Made by a program: the position numbers and the translations under genes. From assembly GCF_009914755.1 (NCBI RefSeq), contig NC_060945.1: a stretch of DNA of 64,000 nt. One strand, given 5' to 3'. This stretch comes from the human T2T-CHM13v2.0 reference genome, Homo sapiens. Below, one piece after another: positions 56,656 to 64,000 of the stretch; position 1 is the first letter of the stretch; each line of letters starts with the position of its first letter. Below the pieces are notes generated by a model. That model was given only the letters and a program-made list of their open reading frames with translations. It did no database searches and was not told the DNA's origin.

Positions 56656-57794
56656 ATTAGTCATCATTTCTAATGTAGCATCAAAACATTTCCACCCGTG
56701 CAACGGAAATCAATGTAAACTTTAAAAATATAGTTAGCAGGCCTTGGAAATTTTCATAGGCAATAGGAAAGATTTATAAATTAGTTCCGATGCTAAAAAG
56801 TAGAACATAAATTTATGTTTGAATGTGTGTTAATAAAATGGAATGCCTCACAGCGCAAGAATATTGTGAAAAATCATCACTATCTTTTAAAAATGAGAAT
56901 ACTTTGAGGATTCAGGCAATAAATAAATGCAGACCAGACCACTTATACTGTGCAATTAGCTAGACTTGAAATAAAACTTTGAAATGGTTAAAGTTCTTTT
57001 TGAATTGTACTGAAATAGGGGAATTCTATTTCTAGCCCTGTGATTTATTCATATTCATTCTATGACTCATGTTATGAATAAATGTGGGGCACTGGCTGAA
57101 TATACATTTTAGATAGAAGAGAGAAAAAATTTTAATTACCATAAGAATAGAATTAATAAAAAAAAGATGTAGACAAATAAGCAACTATTAGTATGCTATT
57201 TGATCCAAAATATGAAAAGTAATTACTAAACTTTGGAAATCCAATGAATGTACAGTTTGAAATGCAAAGTTTATGTCAGAAGAGAACAAAACCCAAAAAA
57301 TCTAAAAAATTTTTTCATCCCCAAAAAGAGAAGATATTTCCTATGTATGTTTCACTTGTATTTCCCAACCATTTAGTAAAAAAATGAGAAATGTTACTGT
57401 TAAGTTTGTACTTAGTTGAGTTCATAAATAAAATTATATACAATTCCCTAGACTTTTAGGTATCGGTATCAAGTGTATATCAAGTGTATATATTTTATTT
57501 CTGTCTTCGAGGACATCCTTAAGTGTAACTTTTTTTGTCATTAAGTTTTCTTTCTCACTTGTTTCCAAAGAGAATAGCCATATTGCAACTCAGAAACCAA
57601 TTTCAATTTGTTTTAGTGCATGTCTAGAATCAGAGAGGCTTCTATTTAATATTTAAACACATTAATTAATATTTAAACAGCAAAGTACTTGTGCCGGGTA
57701 AATTCTAACTAGAGTAAAATGGAAACTAGTTTGTTCTTCCCAGGTGTATAACCATAAGTTGGTGATGCTCGGTTAAGAGGCTTTTGGTATGCGC

Positions 57795-57796
<2 letters not shown>

Positions 57797-57830
<34 letters not shown>
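57797..57830. repeat. (TG)n microsatellite
   Basis: Direct observation. Confidence 0.95.
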
Positions 57831-57833
<3 letters not shown>

Positions 57834-58333
57834 ATCATTTTCGGTCTACTCAATGTAATTTCCAAATTAATCTACCTCCAAGTTGAATAGGCAATTAAAC
57901 TAGTTGAAACACTTAATGACTGTTAAACTTTTAACTGTGTGCTCCTGAAGAAAATAAAATTTTCAAAAGGAAAGCAACACTTTTTCCAAATGTAAGTTTA
58001 CAGCCATTGTTATATAAATATGCTTTTTCTTTTGCTTATCTAGGCAATAGATTAATACCTGTCCTTAAGAAGTATACCGTTTAGTATCTTTAAAGTATAA
58101 ATATTTGCAAACAAATCCCTTTACTATTCTTTTAACTGTATACGTGGCAAACTTCAAAAGTAGAAGGAATTAGGAGGCTAAAGTTTTATGAAGGATGGTC
58201 ATTTTCTAGGCCTTTAAGATTTGTTGATTAGAAAAAATGTCCTGATGTACTAAGCAGTCCATAAGAACTCTAGTTTAAATGACCAAAAGAAATGTAAACT
58301 TAGAATGGCAGGTAAATTTGGGTTGGTAGGTAA

Positions 58334-58762
<429 letters not shown>

Positions 58763-60129
58763 TCAATTTATCAAAACACTTTGAGAGTGTTTTAAGGTCA
58801 TGGAATAATCCCCAATATATGTTATTAAATGAAAATACAGCAAGGTAAACAGTAGAGGGTATTCGATGCTTTTTTCCCCCTCTGATTTCTATATGCTTGT
58901 ATATGCACAGAATATGTCTCCAAGGATAGAAAAGAAACTTGTAAGAATAATTGGCAGTGGAGAAGAAAACAAGGGAATTGGATGAAATATTGTCATCTGT
59001 ATATCCTTTTGAAATTTTGCAATTTATCTCTTTATGTATATATTGTCTACTTTAAAAATCTACACAGGTGCCAGGGACCTAGTTCTACTGAATCAGAATT
59101 TCTGGGATCCGGCTGAGGCACTTGTATTTGTAGCAGCTGTAACTCCCATTTGGCACTTACTGCCTTCCTTTAAGGGATATCCGCCTGAAAGTATAAGTTT
59201 TATCCCATCAACTAGATAAGCACATGGTGAGGAAGGGGGATCTTATGCTTCTGTTGACAAGGGTAGTGCAGAGGTATAACTATGATTCTCCTATTACCTT
59301 ACATTATAGTGAGGAAGAGTTTTGGAAATAAATTTCAACATAATAGGATTACGAGATCCTTAAAATTGTTCACTTTTGATTGTTCCAGGCCAAATGTCAG
59401 TAAGTGCCAACAATATGATATTCACACCAACTCTTGTTTTTTGAAGGGCATAATAATGAATTAATTAAACTCTAGATACCTAAAAGGCAGAGTAAAATCT
59501 AAAGCTAGAACTGCAGTCCTTGGGGATGTATGGTTATCAGATACAGAAGTCACATTACATTGCAGACAGGTTCCCTATCTCTAGGATGATAGATGTAGGG
59601 CAACCCAGTGGTTCCTAAACTTCTCTTCCATCATTGTGTCTCCAGCAAGCACAGGTTTTGCAGAACATCCATGAAGATCTGGTGTCCCACTATTTTGTTT
59701 TGGACACAGTGCTGTAATTCAGACCCTTTCCAGCCTCATGGCCAACCTATATTGTACACAGTTTGAGCTGGCTCTTCTTAGTTCTGTTTGTGTCTCCCTT
59801 CACTTAGTACATACACATTCCTAAAATGCTCTTTGAATGAATAAATTAATGGATGAATCCCTTTTTGTGATGCCCTGGGTCTTTTTATGTTCAATTCTTC
59901 TGCTAACAAACCGTCCTTCCCACCTTTTATTTTTATTCCTTCCTCTAACTGATCCCAAGTGGCGAACAACTTGTATTAGTTAACCAGCCATGTTTGGGTT
60001 GTAACTCGCAAGTTTTAGCATTGCATAGTCTGGTGAAAGTTCACTCCCTTGGGTTTGGAGGTTCATGTGTGCTGTTCAAATTAATGTGTCTTCATTCATG
60101 TTTAATTATAAAGACGTTTTTCTTTGGAG

Positions 60130-61140
60130 TGATATCATCTGTAATCTGGCAATTATTAAGACATTCTTAACATTCATTTCTTATAGAATGTATACAATTA
60201 GAAGTACTACAAAATACAACTGCATGATACATTCTGTTACTTAGGAAAAACTAGGCCAGTCAGGTTTCATTGTTATAAATGACAAAAATCAATTCTGACT
60301 TTAAGAAAGAAGTACATTGGAAACCTACCTGGCAGCTGATAGAAGTAAAAAAAAATGGATGGAGAAATTGGCTTGGAAAAAAAACCCCAGCCGAAGAGAT
60401 GACCTTTAGCAGCCAATGCAGTGTGTTGCTACATTCTTGGCTGAACACTGGATGCCACTCATGAAGCCTTCAACACCACCACCATGCTACCACCCCTCAC
60501 CACCATTCCAACAACCAGAATGAATTCTAACCCTCTGTGTTCCTTTGCCTCACTAGATAAAGATTCAGTGGGCTTTGGGGGGCTTTGCGAGAGTTCATTG
60601 TAGGGATCTGAGAGAGCAAGTATCTGGCATTTTGGATTTCTTTGGTAGTACGTGGAGCCCTATGTCTCACTAAGAGTCACATAATGGCCAATTGCCTGAA
60701 CACAGGGTTCAGAGAATGGGCTGTCCCACCCAAAAACACAACCCCTGATACATCCTCTACAAAGTGCAGGCACCTTCTAGAAATAGACTTATTTTGATGG
60801 TATTGTGGAAAGAAAACATGCAGCAGATATGAGTTTCTAGGAAGACTTGAAATAAAGGCAGATATATCCAGAACATCAGAATGAGATTTTTTAATGGCTA
60901 AGTATAGGGTCACTTTTGGCAATGGTTACGTAAGAAAGCGATATCAAAATGTATGCACAGCTGTAGATAATTCTGTTTAAGTGGAATGCAGATTCTGCAA
61001 TGTTCAAGAAGTATGATTGTCATTTGTAAGGGGTTTTCTTCAATGTCTCCTATTTCCTGGCTTGATTTTGCAGAGACTGTCACATGTACATAATTGTTTC
61101 AAAATAACACAACAGGCTCATGATCATTTAGTCTACGTTT
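60130..61140 (-). pseudogene. Exon remnant, R1 S6-C-linker-CNBD, split by MLT1 LTR
   Basis: MIMSLLCYFETIMYM*QSLQN; LPKVTLYLAIKKSHSDVLDISAF (cf. [24 protein letters not shown]); IKISLFLEG; beyond the LTR PK*QNVSC..LYTFYK..LPDY. Confidence 0.5.
60255..60675 (-). mobile_element. Old MLT1-type LTR
   Basis: agtcaggtttcattgttataaatgacaaaaatcaattctgactttaag is the reverse complement of an MLT1 end. Confidence 0.55.
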
Positions 61141-61574
61141 CTGTGGACTAAATGCAAGCAAAGGTGAAGGGAAGGTCAAATTTTCAGTACCTTCCTTCTG
61201 CAGGATGGGAGCTGAGGCTCATGCTGACAATTACTTCTACTTCATTCTTTATCTACCAGAGGATTCTATCAGATAATACCTTCTCTGTGAAACCACGACT
61301 TATTTTTCTATGATGGGCCCATTTCTCCTCTCTTTGAACCTCAGTAATTTTATAAAATAATTTTGTTTCTTAATGTTTCATATTTCATTGTCTATATCTT
61401 GATTCTCTCAGAGAATTATGAACTGTGTGAAAGACTATATTATTTAGGCAAAGTTAGACATTCTCTATTCCTAGTTTCCTTATTACCTTGTCCACTATGA
61501 CATTGTTTCTCTAGCTGATTTCCAAGTCACAAGTCTGTAGGCTCCTGGGGATAGAAATAGTTGTTGTTTTTTTT

Positions 61575-62310
61575 AACCACGATGAGATACCATCTCACAC
61601 CAGTCAGAATGGCTATTATTAGAAAGTAAGAAAATAATAAATGCTGGTGAAGCTGTGGAGAAAAGGGGACACTTATACACTGTTAGTGAGAGTGTAAGTT
61701 AGTTCAACCATTGTGGAAAGCAGTGTGGGGATTCCTCAAAGAGCTGAAAACAGAACTACCATTCAACCCAGCAATCCCATTACTGGGTATATTCCCAGAA
61801 GATATAAATTATTCTACCACAAAGACATGTGCAAACAAATGTTCATTGCAGCACTATCCACAATAGCAATGACATGGAATCAATCTAAACGTCCATCAAT
61901 GACAGACTTAATAAAGAAAATGTGGTACATGTACCCCATGGAATACTATGCAGACATATAAAAGACCAAGATCATGTCTTTTGCAGGAACATGGATGGAG
62001 ATGGAGGCCGTTATCCTCCACCAACTAACGCAGGAACAGAAAACCAAATACCTCATGTTCACACTTAAAAGTGGGGGCTAAATTATTAGAATTCATGGAC
62101 ACAAAGAAGGAAACGACAGACACTGGGTGTTGCTACTTGAGGGTGGAGGCTGGAAGGAGGGAGAGGAGAAGCAAAAATAACTACTGGGTACTAGGCTTAG
62201 CACCTGGGTGATAAAATAATCTGTACAACCAATCCTTGTGACATGAGTTTACCTGTATAACAAACCTGCACATGTACCCTGTGAACCTAAAATAAAAGAT
62301 AAAAAAAGAA
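61575..62310 (+). mobile_element. L1PA/PB 3' end
   Basis: ORF2 C-terminus, 3'UTR, poly-A. Confidence 0.9.
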
Positions 62311-62467
62311 ATGTAATAGGTTTGTTATCTTTGTCCATGGTACTGAAAATTGAAAGAACCAATGAGAAGAGACCATTTGTTTATCTTAAGTGAGCTTGAC
62401 TTATACAAGATGTGAACAAAATTCCCATTTACTTGGTAAAATTATTATATTTTTGGAGTTCCAATGA

Positions 62468-62787
<320 letters not shown>

Positions 62788-62819
62788 TCATGCTATTTTA
62801 TTTTAAGAAGTTAATCCTA

Positions 62820-63063
62820 ACATGCCATTTGAAAAAGAGTGCCACATCACCTACTCTTTAAAAATGGAAAAATAAATAAATTTAAAGATTGAATGCAAGC
62901 CCTTAATATAAGAATGCATGTCATTCTGATCTATTATTACTCTCCTGACAAAGATCTGCAGAAGAGAGTGATATTTATAAATAAATACCATGGTGTATCT
63001 TTTCCAATTCACTTCAAATAATGATGGCAAGTGAGACACTGTTGCAAAATCCATTTCTATCAT
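62820..63063 (-). pseudogene. Exon remnant, R1 S3-S5
   Basis: Non-repeat ORF 62851..63063: MDFATVSHLPSLF..HSLLQIFVRRVII..HSIFKFIYFSIF. Confidence 0.45.
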
Positions 63064-63064
63064 T

Positions 63065-63350
63065 TAAGGCAGCATATGCTAGAGACAAGACACTGGATTA
63101 GGAGTCAAAAGACCTGGGTTCTTTTTTTTTTATTCAATAAATATTTACTGAGGTTTTATGATAGATATAAGTTTTAACACAACCAAATACTTGCTGTGTA
63201 ATATTGGCAAATTACTCAACCACTCTAAGGCTAGGTTTCTGCATTTGGAGAATGGAGAGTATGCCCTGCCTTGTTCCACGGGACAGTTAGTGAGAGTCAA
63301 ATGAGACACACTGTATGTTGAAGTGATTTGTATATGGTAAAGCACTAAAT
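63065..63350 (+). mobile_element. MIR (interrupted)
   Basis: ggagtcaaaagacctgggttct; ggcaaattactcaaccactct. Confidence 0.7.
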
Positions 63351-63384
63351 AAAGTTATATTAGTTATAATAAATTAGAAAAATA

Positions 63385-63452
63385 GGTCAGTGCAAAAATA
63401 ATGGCCATTCCCTTTAATGGCAAAAACCACAATTACTTTTGCACCAACCTAA
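63385..63452. mobile_element. MADE1
   Basis: caattacttttgcaccaacctaata. Confidence 0.85.
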
Positions 63453-63467
63453 TATGTACTATAGTTA

Positions 63468-63967
<500 letters not shown>

Positions 63968-64000
63968 GAAAATTGGTTTTAAAAGAAGTGTGACACCTCT

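Overview
AT-rich, repeat-dense hominoid (human or great-ape) genomic DNA: it carries an SVA, AluY/S/J, L1PA/PB/MA/MC, L2, MIR, MaLR/ERV1 LTRs, MADE1 and MER5/20. No intact protein-coding gene is supported, and most ORF-track entries are Alu/L1 read-throughs. Main result, from manual translation of the unique sequence between repeats: the minus strand holds about 25 badly decayed segments, most with AG/GT-like boundaries. In order, they repeatedly spell the architecture of a cyclic-nucleotide-regulated K+ channel (S1-S6, pore, C-linker, CNBD). There are five convincing tandem modules (44.7 kb down to 0.1 kb) and probably a sixth (63-60 kb), labelled R1-R6 in transcription order. This looks like a fossil (unitary pseudogene) of a concatenated CNGK/tetraKCNG-type channel, a family not known to be functional in mammals. 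One ~0.9 kb exon, with an intact GYG filter, is locally inverted. Other exons are interrupted by an SVA with a 3' transduction, a TSD-flanked orphan retro-insertion, an Alu and an old MLT1 LTR. Also present are a RAD23B processed pseudogene split by an L1MC-type element and a U13/SNORD13 retrocopy. All protein assignments are by-eye motif matches across stops and frameshifts and need HMM/tblastn confirmation. Repeat subfamily names and boundaries are approximate.
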